Assembly (NCBI GenBank): GCA_963795945.1
Contig: CAWCJN010000001.1
Span: 410,774-474,773, forward strand
Origin: an uncultured Pseudomonadota bacterium
GTDB lineage: Bacteria; Desulfobacterota; Binatia; Binatales; Binataceae
Direction of reading: 5' to 3'
Length of the DNA stretch: 64,000 nucleotides
Part shown: piece after piece, positions 1 to 10,111 of the stretch
Position numbering within the stretch: the stretch's first letter is position 1
Layout: each line of letters begins with the position of its first letter
Made by a program: the position numbers and the translations under genes
Notes under the pieces: model-generated
The model's input: only the letters and a program-made list of their open reading frames with translations
Databases searched by the model: none
Told to the model about the DNA's origin: nothing

Positions 1-103
1 TTCTTGTAAACAGATGACATATGTGCAATAAGGTGCAAATCTATTCATCAGTAATGTGTTGGGCTATGATTTTAACGATCACTGCGCGAATCTGGGAGAT
101 ATT

Positions 104-2961
104 ATGATTCTAAGATTCTCAATCGCGGAATGCATCACAGGGCCAAGTCTGATCGCTTTGCTCGCCGCGCCCGCGATGGCGCAAATACTCACCCCGACTC
201 CAGCCCAAACGCCAGTTCCGCATGCGAGCGGATCCATTGCTCATGTGCCTATCGCTTTGCCGATTAAAGCGCCACCAGATTGGGATCCTGAAACCTGGAC
301 GAATTTCCGCCGCCGCTGCCAGGAAGTCGCGGACATGAGCGCCGCGAATCAACCGATGGGCTCCGGTGATTATGGCTACTCCGACGCTTGTACGAAGGAG
401 GGCGCATATTACTGGCCGGTTAAGCAGCGACCAAGAACGCAGGCGCACGCAACGACGCCGATGCCGACGCCCGGCCCAGACGGGCATATTCCATTAGGGT
501 TGCCCCTCACTCTGCCGCCGGGCTCCCCGTTCGAGAGCGCTCCAGCAGAGTGGAGACTAATGTTGGCGGCGTGCCAAAGAATCGCTGACGCCCGAGCTGT
601 ACATGAACCAATAAATGATAGCGACTGGCACGCATGCGGTACGTTAAGAAATACTGTTCGTGTGTATAACAGGCCCCTGCCCCCAGTCGAGTCCTCACCG
701 GCCGGCAACGCCGCCCCTTCACCGACAGCAACACCAACGCCGCTAGGACAACCGCAGGACCCGCAGTCTCTCAACAGTAATTCCCCAGTTGGTCCGTTTG
801 GAACTCCATTTACCGGGGGTGGGGGAGACGCGTGCGTCGCCGGAACACCTCCCGATGTTGCCGCGGGTGTCTCGTCCATACAGATAGCTGAATTGCTAAA
901 TCAAGGGATCTGGGTTTTCAACAAACAGGGTCAAATTCAGTCGGGTTTCCCAAAGACCTTGGCGACTTTCTGGGCTCCTAATTCACCACCACCCACTAAT
1001 ATTTTGACAGACACCCAGATAGCGTTCGAGCCGCTTTCACAGCGTTGGCCGGCAAGCACGGAATCAGTTACTCAAGCGAAGGATGATGGCGATCTATATT
1101 TCGCAATATCCAACACGGCGGACGCTACGGGAGCTTGGACCTTCTATGACTTTCCAAAGATCTGCAGCAAGCCCGACAGCACTTTTCCTGTCCCAGATCA
1201 GCCTATTCTCGGTTATAATCAGAACTGGGTAGTGATAGATGTATCCTGTTTTGATCAAAGTAAGATTCCCTTCACCGATAATGATCAACTTCTACTCGTA
1301 CCCCATAGTGCGATAGCAACTCATCCACCGAATCTCGGCGCTATCCAAGAGGCGGGTCCTACTAGAACGGGATCCAATGGATGGTTCGCCTCACGACCTT
1401 CCTGTGATATCTCTGGGAGTGCCAATCAAAATCTATTTCTCGTCAGCTCCGGACCACTTGATAGTCCCGGCTCCCGCGATTTAGTGAAGATCACATCGAT
1501 CATCGATGTAAACGGCAACTTCGTTGGACCAGGCGCAGGCGGCACTGTCATTCAGAGTCCTCTAAATGGAGTAGCTGCAACGACTACTTTTAGTATAGCG
1601 CTGGCTCAACACGACAATTGCGGGGCGAACTCAGCTTGCGCTGTCAATCTTAACGATGCCCGGATTTCAAACGCGCCGATCCTCCAAGTTGGAAATGATG
1701 GAAACAAGTATCTCCTCACTGCCTTCCATGCGGGAGACAGCGCGAACAACACGGCACAAACGTTATTTTTCATGGGCCAGGTTAATAGTTTCGCGACGTC
1801 ACCTGTATGGAACGAATGGTTTTTCGATGGACCCGGTTTCTGGGCGACCTACCCACCGTGAACATGGATAAAGACCTTGATATCGCCTACTCTTGGACAA
1901 CATTTCAGCTGAATTCGACGATTTATCTGAACTGGTACACGGCGAAAGGATTCGTACCGTCCGGAGAGTCCTATCTTTCACCACCCTTTACTGGATACGG
2001 GATTCTCTATTCCGCGAACAGCACTGGCCCATACACCGGTCAGCAATCTTGTCCTAATCCGCAATCACCACAACGTTGGGGCGACTACATGTCCACGGTC
2101 TGGGATTCGAGCCTTTACAGTCCGCTGGAAATCAGCGGCTTCTGGACCGCGCAGGAATTCATCACAGGTGGATCGAATCAATCAACCGAATTTATCCCGC
2201 TGCAAGACCCGCTGCCGTTCTTCATCGGGTATAATGTGCCTACCGGTCCCAATGACGAGCTGGGCGAAGACGAGGAATGCCCGAACAATCCCGCTTGCCA
2301 ACTGACTTTTTCAGCCCCGAGCGGCGCTCAGTTCGGCGACACCTTCGTGGCGGTGCTGGGTATCGGCGGCTCAAACAATGCGAACAATTTCTCCGCACCT
2401 GCCGGCTGGACTTTGATGCCGCTGGCTAATCACGGTAATAACCAGGCGCTGGTCTCGTCGGACCCGAATAGCCACTTTATCACTTCCTATCTTGCGACCT
2501 ACATTTACGGCAGCCAGCTGAATGATCCCGGGCACTACACCCTAAGCGTCACTCGCTCAGTTCAAGGAGCAGAGATGTTGGGTTTCATGGGCGCCTATCG
2601 TGGCGCGAGCACCAATCTCAACAACTACACCGCCTATGGGTATTATGGCGTCGCGGATGTCAAGAGTATCCCGACCAAACAGCTGATTCCCGCAGCGGCC
2701 GAGCAGACCCTCGCGACCTTTTTCGGCAACACCTGCCTGGTCGAGAAGGACGAGACTGCGGAGAACACTTGGACCTTTACCGCGCCGAGCGGCTCTCCGC
2801 CCGAAACCGTTGAAAGCCCACTCAGTTCGTCCGGCAATGGCGGCCTCCCGTTTTTGCTTGCCGATGTACCCATCACCGACGCTGGATCGGTGTACGGTCC
2901 GTATACCGCCACTGGATGCACGGGAATAAATTACGCTTATAATCTGCTTATTCCTGAATAG
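104..2961 (+). CDS. Large secreted protein of the uncharacterised PPD...RWGDY family, split by a single-base deletion near 1852-1855
   Basis: GGGAG precedes ATG 104. Signal-like N-terminus (LIALLAAPAMA|Q) and Pro/Thr-rich linkers. Motif TPPDVAAGVSSIQIAELLNQGIWVF in ORF 56..1861 and RWGDYMSTVWD in ORF 1807..2961. Adding one base in tacccaccgtg gives FWATYP-TVNMD, joining the two ORFs. C-terminal APSGAQFGDTFVAVL..APAGWTL segment. Confidence 0.65.
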
Positions 2962-3088
2962 AGTTTAGGTTGCGGGCACCATTGGTGATGGGTCCGCATC
3001 TTCTCGATGGCTTGAGCTAATGCCGCCTTTTCCGGCGATGGCCGGACAGCCTCGACTGATGCTATGAGAAAGTCATGCGAGGACCACG

Positions 3089-4096
3089 ATGAAGCTCTAC
3101 GAAATCACCGAACCCAAAGGCATCGATAGTCTCAAACTCACCGAGCGGGCGACGCCCAAGCCCGGGCCCGGCGAAGTTCTGATCCGCGTGCGCGCTACCT
3201 CGCTCAATTATCGCGACCTCGCGATCGTCAAGGGCGCGCTCGCACGGATGATGAAAATGCCGCTAATCCCGACTTCGGACGGCGCGGGCGAAGTGGTCGA
3301 GACTGGCCCCGGCGTCACGCAGTGGAAGAAGGGCGATCGCGTCGCCGGCATCTTCACTCAGGGATGGCTCGCCGGACCGCCTTTCGCCGGCATGTACAGC
3401 ACTGCGCTCGGCGGCGGGATCGACGGGATGCTCACCGAGTACGTCGTGCTGCGCGAAGCCGGGCTGGTGCGAGTCCCGGAATACATGAGCTTCGAGGAAG
3501 CGGCTGCGCTACCCTGCGCCGCCGTGACCTCGTGGAACGCGCTGGTCACGGAAGGCCATCTTGAGCCTGGCGATTCGGTTCTCGTGATGGGTACCGGCGG
3601 TGTTTCGATCTTCGCCCTCCAGATCGCGAAGATGTTCGGCGCACGCGTGATCGCAACCTCCAGCAGCGACGCCAAGCTCCAACGCCTCAAGCAAATGGGT
3701 GCATCCGATCTTATCAACTACAAAACTACGCCGGACTGGGATAAGCGCGTCCTCGAAGTGACCGGCGGTCAGGGCGTCGATCACGTCGTCGAGATCGGCG
3801 GCGCAGGCACGCTGCCCAAGTCGATCAATGCGGTGAAAACCGGCGGCGTCGTCAGCCTGATCGGGATTCTCTCCGGCGCGGGCCACATCGATCCGATGCC
3901 GCTGCTGTTCAAGAATGCCCGCATACAGGGAATCATGGTCGGCTCGCGCGAGATGTTCGAGCAGATGAATCGCGCGATGACCGTCAATAGCGTGCGTCCG
4001 GTGATCGACAAAGTATTTCCGTTCGATCAGGCGCGCGAGGCCTATCGGCATCTCGAAAGCGGTGCCCATTTCGGCAAGGTCTGCATATCGGTTTGA
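3089..4096 (+). CDS. NAD(P)-dependent medium-chain dehydrogenase/reductase (zinc-type alcohol dehydrogenase-like)
   Basis: GEVLIRVRATSLNYRD, SDGAGEVV, GDRVAG, GTGGVS nucleotide-binding loop, HFGKVCI. SD GAGGA. Confidence 0.9.
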   Translation: MKLYEITEPKGIDSLKLTERATPKPGPGEVLIRVRATSLNYRDLAIVKGALARMMKMPLIPTSDGAGEVVETGPGVTQWKKGDRVAGIFTQGWLAGPPFAGMYSTALGGGIDGMLTEYVVLREAGLVRVPEYMSFEEAAALPCAAVTSWNALVTEGHLEPGDSVLVMGTGGVSIFALQIAKMFGARVIATSSSDAKLQRLKQMGASDLINYKTTPDWDKRVLEVTGGQGVDHVVEIGGAGTLPKSINAVKTGGVVSLIGILSGAGHIDPMPLLFKNARIQGIMVGSREMFEQMNRAMTVNSVRPVIDKVFPFDQAREAYRHLESGAHFGKVCISV

Positions 4097-4199
4097 ACTG
4101 GCTTTATTGACGCCAGTTATGGGATAGATAACGCAGTAGCTTCCAAAAACTGACTGGCAGGAAGACGAAAAGGTCGGTCTCCTGACTGGAGGAAAAAAA

Positions 4200-5912
4200 A
4201 TGTCCTACGACATAGTTATTCGCAATGGCACGGTGGTCGATGGTTCCGGGCTGCCGCGTTATCAGGCTGACGTGGCGGTCGAAAATGGCCGCATCGCCGC
4301 GATCGGCAAGATCAACGATTCCGCGAAAGAAGTAATCGACGCGGAAGGGCATATCGTCTCGCCCGGCTTTATCGACGGCCATACGCATATGGACGCGCAA
4401 GTCTTCTGGGACGCGCTCGGCACCTGCTCGTGTTGGCACGGCGTGACCTCGGTCGTGATGGGCAATTGCGGCTTCTCGCTCGCGCCCTGCGCCGAGAAGG
4501 ACAAAGCGCGCGTCATCCGCAATCTCGAACGCGCCGAGGATATCTCGCCCAAGGCGATGGAAGCCGGTATCAAGTGGTCGTGGACCACTTTTCCCGAATA
4601 TCTCGATGCGGTTGATCGGCTACCCAAGGGAATCAACTACGCTTCGTACATCGGCCATTCCGCGCTGCGCACCTACGTCATGGGGGATCGCGCTTTTGAC
4701 AACGAGGCGAACTCGGAAGATATCGCCGCGATGAAGCGCGAATTGCGCAACGCGATCAAAGCAGGCGCGGCGGGCTTCACGACTTCGCGCAATCGCAACC
4801 ACGAGACGCCCGACAGCCGTCCGGTCGCCAGCCGCCTCGCCAACTGGAGCGAGGTCCGCGAGCTGGTCGGCGTGATGGGCGACCTCGGTGCAGGCGTGTT
4901 CGAGCTGGCGCAGGAGGAGATCGAGCGAGATCCGGAGAAGATGCACGATTTCTTCGGGCGGTTGCAGTCGCTCGCGCTCGAAACTCGCGTACCGACCACT
5001 TTCGGCGTCGTCTATATGCGCAAATTCCCGCATACGTGGCGCCCCTACTATCGCATGATCGACGAGACCGTCGCGGCGGGCGGCCGGATGCTCGCGCAAG
5101 GGACCAGCCGCTGGATCGCGTCATTGCTCTCATTCGAGACTGCAATGCCGTTTGATCGGAATCCAGTCTGGGCGGAAATCCGCAAGCTGCCGCTGGCCGA
5201 ACAGGAAGCCGCGCTGCGCAATCCCGATTCACGGCGGCGCTTGCTCGAAGCGGCCCGCGAATATATGGAAAAGCCCGACCGGGCGATCGGCGCGGAAGCC
5301 CGCAAGCCCGATTTCAATTATCTGTTCCTACTCGATAAGCCGCTGCCGCCCTATCGTTCGATCGCCCAGATCGCGAAGGAGACTGGCAAAGACCCGCTCG
5401 AACTGATCATCGATCTGGCGCTGGAGAAGCATCTCAAGCAGTTCTTTATCCAGCCGATCGTCAATGAGGATCAGGACGTGGTGCTCGGCATGATGCGCCA
5501 TCCGCGCTCAGTCGTGACCTTCTCGGATTCGGGCGCGCATGTCTCGCAAATCATGGATTCGTCGATCCAGACCCATCTGCTGGGTCATTGGGTGCGCGAG
5601 CGTCAGGCGCTTCCGCTCGAATATGCGATCCGCAAGATTAGCTTCGAGCTGGCGTCGTTCTGGGGCTTGACTGGTCGCGGGATGATCCGCGAGGGCAACT
5701 TCGCCGATATTAACGTCTTTGATCCCGAGACTATCTCGCCAACGATGCCTTCGCTCGAATACGACCTCCCGGCAGGTGCGCGTCGGCTCAAGCAAAAGTC
5801 GATCGGTATCAAGACTACGATCGTTAACGGTCAGGTGCTGATGCGCAACAGCGAGCATACCGGAGCGCTCCCGGGTAAGCTCCTGCGCGGCCCATTAGCG
5901 GCAACTGCGTAA
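4200..5912 (+). CDS. N-acyl-D-amino-acid deacylase family amidohydrolase
   Basis: IRNGTVVDGSG, PGFIDGHTHMD metal motif, HGVTSVVMGNCGFS, SDSGAH, G..ADINVFDP. SD GGAGG. Confidence 0.9.
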   Translation: MSYDIVIRNGTVVDGSGLPRYQADVAVENGRIAAIGKINDSAKEVIDAEGHIVSPGFIDGHTHMDAQVFWDALGTCSCWHGVTSVVMGNCGFSLAPCAEKDKARVIRNLERAEDISPKAMEAGIKWSWTTFPEYLDAVDRLPKGINYASYIGHSALRTYVMGDRAFDNEANSEDIAAMKRELRNAIKAGAAGFTTSRNRNHETPDSRPVASRLANWSEVRELVGVMGDLGAGVFELAQEEIERDPEKMHDFFGRLQSLALETRVPTTFGVVYMRKFPHTWRPYYRMIDETVAAGGRMLAQGTSRWIASLLSFETAMPFDRNPVWAEIRKLPLAEQEAALRNPDSRRRLLEAAREYMEKPDRAIGAEARKPDFNYLFLLDKPLPPYRSIAQIAKETGKDPLELIIDLALEKHLKQFFIQPIVNEDQDVVLGMMRHPRSVVTFSDSGAHVSQIMDSSIQTHLLGHWVRERQALPLEYAIRKISFELASFWGLTGRGMIREGNFADINVFDPETISPTMPSLEYDLPAGARRLKQKSIGIKTTIVNGQVLMRNSEHTGALPGKLLRGPLAATA

Positions 5913-5938
5913 TTCAGATCTGAGCTGCTTCGACCGGC

Positions 5939-5978
5939 GCGGGCGCGAAGGACTCCTCCTTCGCGCCCGCTGGTTTTT
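5939..5978 (+). terminator. Intrinsic terminator after the amidohydrolase
   Basis: Perfect 14-bp stem gcgggcgcgaagga / tccttcgcgcccgc, 4-nt loop, followed by tggttttt. Confidence 0.85.
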
Positions 5979-6042
5979 CTCAGCGCAGACTCACAACTCA
6001 GTAGTGGGCAGTTTTGGATCGACTAGTATGATCTAAGCTTTC

Positions 6043-6086
6043 TGTCATTCCCGCGCGTTTGTCTTTTCTGGCGCGCGAGGAATCCC
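6043..6086. repeat. REP-like palindromic element (TGTCATTCCCGCG...GGAATCCC type)
   Basis: Its reverse complement is nearly identical to 33108..33149. Confidence 0.75.
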
Positions 6087-6131
6087 TAATTCTTTCTATT
6101 TTGAAAATCACCCTTCCACAATCCACCCGCT

Positions 6132-6161
6132 TTGACCTCGTATATTCGAAACGTATACAAT
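6132..6161 (+). promoter_or_regulatory. Sigma70-type promoter of the brnTA operon
   Basis: TTGACC (6132-6137), N18, TACAAT (6156-6161), 9 nt upstream of ATG 6171. Confidence 0.55.
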
Positions 6162-6170
6162 ATTTATTGA

Positions 6171-6473
6171 ATGGATCGGGCCGAGCGGCTTGAGGAGTGT
6201 GAAGGCTTTCAGTGGGACGATGGCAATTCCGTTAAGATTTGGGAAAAGTATCGAGTCGCTATGGCCGAGTGTGAGGAACTCTTTTTTAATCGGCCACTCA
6301 TCATGGTTGTCGATGAGGAGCATTCAGTCTTGGAGGAGCGATTTTACGCCTTGGGTCAGACGGAGGCGGGGCGCCTTTTATTTGTCGCTTTCACCATCCG
6401 AGGGAGCTTTGTCCGGGTGATTTCCGCGCGTGATATGAGTCGCAAAGAACGAAGACTCTATTTGCTATCATGA
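6171..6473 (+). CDS. brnT: BrnT family toxin (type II TA ribonuclease)
   Basis: FQWDDGN..K....V...ECEELF, HS..EERF.ALG.T..GRLL.V.FT.R...VRVISARDMSRKER pattern. Confidence 0.9.
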   Translation: MDRAERLEECEGFQWDDGNSVKIWEKYRVAMAECEELFFNRPLIMVVDEEHSVLEERFYALGQTEAGRLLFVAFTIRGSFVRVISARDMSRKERRLYLLS

Positions 6474-6736
6474 AAAAGTCGATACCGAAGTTTAAGAGCG
6501 AGGATGCCGAGCGCGAGTTCTGGGCGACTCACGATTCCAGCGACTTTGTGCACTGGCGGAAGGGCCAACGCGTCGCGCTGCCGAACCTCAAACCTTCGTC
6601 CCAAACAATTTCTCTCCGGATACCGAAGCCGATGCTCGATCGCCTGAAAACTTTAGCCAATAAGCGCGACGTGCCTTATCAATCACTGCTCAAGATGTTC
6701 GTCGCCGAGCGGCTGAAAGCCGAATTGAAAGAGTAG
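6470..6736 (+). CDS. brnA: BrnA/CopG-family antitoxin
   Basis: IPKFKSEDAEREFWATHD N-terminus, ISLRIP...L.RLK..A....VPYQSLLK RHH-like C-terminus. Overlaps the toxin stop (ATGA). Confidence 0.85.
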   Translation: MKKSIPKFKSEDAEREFWATHDSSDFVHWRKGQRVALPNLKPSSQTISLRIPKPMLDRLKTLANKRDVPYQSLLKMFVAERLKAELKE

Positions 6737-6770
6737 CGATTGACATCCGCGATGAGCGATGGCTAAGTAA

Positions 6771-6860
6771 ATGCTCAAGATGAATTGCACGGCTATCAAG
6801 ACGGGATGGGCAAGCTGGCGCTGGCGCGTTGCAGCATTCGCTCGCCCTCCGGTTTCGTAG
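6771..6860 (+). CDS. trpL: trp operon leader peptide MLKMNCTAIKTGWASWRWRVAAFARPPVS
   Basis: Not in the ORF track (too short). Three TGG codons at 6807, 6816 and 6822 upstream of an attenuator hairpin and trpE. Alternative start ATG 6780. TTGACA at 6740-6745. Confidence 0.8.
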   Translation: MLKMNCTAIKTGWASWRWRVAAFARPPVS

Positions 6861-6919
6861 TCGTTCAGGATCAAACGGATTTTCGAGGCCACGGGCGAAC
6901 CCCGTGGCCTTTTCGTTTT
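6801..6919 (+). promoter_or_regulatory. Transcriptional attenuator of the trp operon
   Basis: Terminator aggccacggg(6886-6895) / cccgtggcct(6901-6910) plus tttcgtttt. Antiterminator ttcgctcg(6837-6844) pairs with cgggcgaa(6892-6899). Segment 6801-6815 can pair with 6840-6853. Confidence 0.8.
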
Positions 6920-6974
6920 GCGGGTAGTGCGAAGTTAAATCTGAGAGGCGGATGACGACCCTAAGGAGAGCGCG

Positions 6975-8482
6975 ATGATTACCCCAAGCGAACGTGAGTT
7001 CGAGCAACTCGCCGCGCAAGGTTTCAACCTGATCCCGATAGCCCGCGAGATCGCCGCTGATCTCGAAACTCCCGTCTCAGCTTTCCTGAAGATTGCGCGC
7101 AGCGATTACGCCTTTCTGCTGGAGAGCGTGCGCGGTGGCGAGAAGTGGGGCCGCTACACGTTTCTTGGCTCCGAACCTTCGATGGTGCTCTGCGCCCGCG
7201 ACCGCCGTATGGACCTGATTCGCCCGGGCCGCGCGGTCGAGTCGCGCGCGGTGGCAAACTCGTTCGAGGAGCTGCGCAAGGAACTCCAGCGTCTGCGCGC
7301 GCCCGAAATCTTAGGGTTGCCGCGATTCTTCGGCGGTGCAGTCGGCTTTCTCGCCTACGATATCGTGCGATGCTTCGAGCCGCGCATCCCGGCCAGCGTG
7401 CACGACGACCTTAGCGTGCCCGACCTCTACCTGATGTTCACCGATACCGTGCTGGTCTTCGATAACGTTCGCCAGACGCTCAAGATTATCGCGAATGTGC
7501 CAATTGGCGAGTTTGCTTCGATTCATGAGGCCTATGTGAGTGGTCAGCACAAAATCGAGCAAACGATTGAGCGCCTGGGAGAGCCGGCGATTCCACCCGC
7601 GATGGAAGGCCGCCCGCTCGATACCTACGGCGAGATTCCGATCACCTCGAATTTGACCCGGGAGGGTTATATGGCGATTGTCGAGGCGGCGAAGAAATAT
7701 ATCGCCGCCGGCGATATTATTCAGGTGGTGCCGTCACAGCGCTTCGAAGCGCCCCTGACGGCTCATCCGTTCAACCTCTATCGCAGCCTCCGCACGATTA
7801 ATCCTTCCCCGTACATGTTCTATCTGCGGCTCGGTGACCATACGCTGGTCGGCGCGTCGCCGAAACAATGGTTCGCGTTGAGGGACGTGAGATCACGCTG
7901 CGCCCGATCGCGGGAACCCGGCGACGCGGCGTCACCGAGGCCGAAGACCTGAGCCTTGAGCGCGAGCTGCTCGCCGATCCCAAGGAAATTGCCGAGCATG
8001 TGATGCTGGTCGATTTGGGCCGCAACGACGTTGGCCGCGTCGCCAAAATCGGCAGCGTCAAAGTCACCGAATTGATGGGGATCGAGCGCTACTCGCATGT
8101 CATGCATATCGTGTCGAATGTGGTCGGCGAGTTGAACGACGGGATGGATGCGTTCGATGCGTTTCGTGCGACCTTTCCGCAAGGCACTGTCTCGGGCGCG
8201 CCGAAAATCCGTGCGATGGAGATAATCGACGAGCTCGAATCGGTCCGCCGCGGCGTCTATGCGGGTGCAGTTGGCTACTTCAGCTATACCGGCAATACCG
8301 ATACGGCTATCGCGCTGCGCACGCTGCTGGTGAAGGGCGACCGCGTCTATATTCAGGCCGGGGGTGGAATTGTCGCCGATTCCGACCCGGCAGCTGAGTT
8401 CGAGGAATCGTGCAACAAGGCGCGCGCCATGATTCGCGCACTCGGCGCGGCTAGGCAGTTCGAAGTCGCTGGATCAAGGTAA
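6975..8482 (+). CDS. trpE: Anthranilate synthase component I (one frameshift near 7862)
   Basis: [37 protein letters not shown][E]; the second frame has [40 protein letters not shown]. Confidence 0.95.
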
Positions 8483-8488
8483 TCCATC

Positions 8489-9074
8489 ATGAGCACGCGT
8501 GTCCTGATGATCGATAACTATGATTCATTCACCTACAACCTCGTGCAGTATCTCGGCGAATTAGGCGCGGAAGTCACGACGCGCCGCAACGATGCGATCG
8601 ATCTCGCCGGAATCCGCGCGTTCAAGCCCGCTGCGATCGTCATCTCGCCCGGCCCGTGCACGCCCGTCGAGGCGGGCATCTCGGTCGATGTGCTGCGGGA
8701 GTTCGCCGGAGAAATTCCGATGCTGGGGGTCTGCCTCGGTCATCAATGTATGGGCGCACGCTTTCGGCGCAAAGGTCGTACGCGCCGAGCGCCTGATGCA
8801 CGGCAAGACCTCGCCGGTGCTTCACGACGATCGCACAATCTTCGCCGGCCTCTCCAATCCGTTCGAGGCGATGCGCTATCATTCGCTGTTGGTAGAAGAG
8901 ATGACGCCGATGCCCGAATGCCTCGAAATCAGCGCGCGCACCGCCGAAGGCGAGATCATGGGGCTGCGCCACAGAAGCTATCCGATCGAGGGCGTGCAGT
9001 TCCATCCGGAGTCGATCGGGACGCCTGAAGGCAAGCCGTTGTTACAAAACTTTTTGAACGGTTTGCCGCGATGA
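8489..9074 (+). CDS. trpG: Anthranilate synthase component II, glutamine amidotransferase (frameshift near 8756)
   Basis: [25 protein letters not shown]; then [19 protein letters not shown] in the second frame. Confidence 0.95.
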
Positions 9075-10111
9075 TCACGACGCGAGAAGCCTTCGAGCGC
9101 GTGCTCGGCGGACGTTCGCTCGATATCACCGAAGCTGAGAGCGTTTTCGGCGAGATTCTCGATAATGTCGTGCCCGAAGTGTTGGTCGCGGGCTTCCTCG
9201 TCGCGCTACGGACGAAAGGTGAAACGTCGCAGGAGTTGGCAGGCGGCGCCCGCGCGATGCGTCAGCGGGCGCGCTCCTTGATCCTCAATCACGGGCGGGT
9301 GCTGGATACGGCGGGGACCGGCGGTGATGGCGCAGGCACCTTCAATATCTCGACCGGCGCGGCGCTCGTCGCGGCGAGTGCCGGAGTCCCATGCGCCAAG
9401 CATGGTAATCGCGCGATTAGCGGGCGAGTTGGCGCGGCTGACGTGCTCGAACGCTTCGGCATCCGGCTCGAACTCGAACCGTCAGGCTTGCGCGATTGTC
9501 TCGCACGCACGGGTATCTGCTTTGTCTTTGCCCCAGCGTATCATCCGGTACTGGCGCGGCTGGCCGGTCTGCGCCGCGCGCTCAGGATTCGCACGATCTT
9601 CAATCTGATCGCGCCACTGGCGAATCCGACCAATCCTCGTTACCAATTACTCGGCGTAGCTGAACCGCGTCTGCTGCGCCCGATCGCGGAAGCGCTCGTC
9701 GCGCTCGAAGTCGAACACGCGATGGTCGTGCATGGCAATGACGGCTTGGATGAAATTTCTTTAACCGCTTCGACCTCCATTATCGAGGTTCGACGTGGTG
9801 AGCTGCGAACCTACGAGATTTCTCCCGAGATGTTCGGATTGCCGGTCGCGAGCGCCGCAGACTTCCTCACCGCCGACGTGAATGAAGCAATGAACCTCCT
9901 CGAACGCACGCTACGTGGTGAGCCGGGACCGGCGCAGGACGTGCTCGCCTTGAACGCCGGTGCTGCGATCTATGCTGGCAATGGAACAACTTCTCTGGCC
10001 GAAGGGGTCAAGCTTGCGCGCGAAGTGCTTGGCTCAGGACGGGCGCTCGAAACGCTCGAAAATCTTCGCATAATAAGTAATCAGGCGTTCTCGACCAGGG
10101 CGCAGGCATGA
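9071..10111 (+). CDS. trpD: Anthranilate phosphoribosyltransferase
   Basis: DTAGTGGDG..TFNIST, AKHGNR, G.ADVLE, RTIFNL..PL.NP, G.DGLDEIS. Confidence 0.95.
   Translation: MITTREAFERVLGGRSLDITEAESVFGEILDNVVPEVLVAGFLVALRTKGETSQELAGGARAMRQRARSLILNHGRVLDTAGTGGDGAGTFNISTGAALVAASAGVPCAKHGNRAISGRVGAADVLERFGIRLELEPSGLRDCLARTGICFVFAPAYHPVLARLAGLRRALRIRTIFNLIAPLANPTNPRYQLLGVAEPRLLRPIAEALVALEVEHAMVVHGNDGLDEISLTASTSIIEVRRGELRTYEISPEMFGLPVASAADFLTADVNEAMNLLERTLRGEPGPAQDVLALNAGAAIYAGNGTTSLAEGVKLAREVLGSGRALETLENLRIISNQAFSTRAQA

Noticed and set aside
6740-6974. T-box riboswitch upstream of trpE
   Set aside because: No T-box consensus; a leader-peptide attenuator explains the region.
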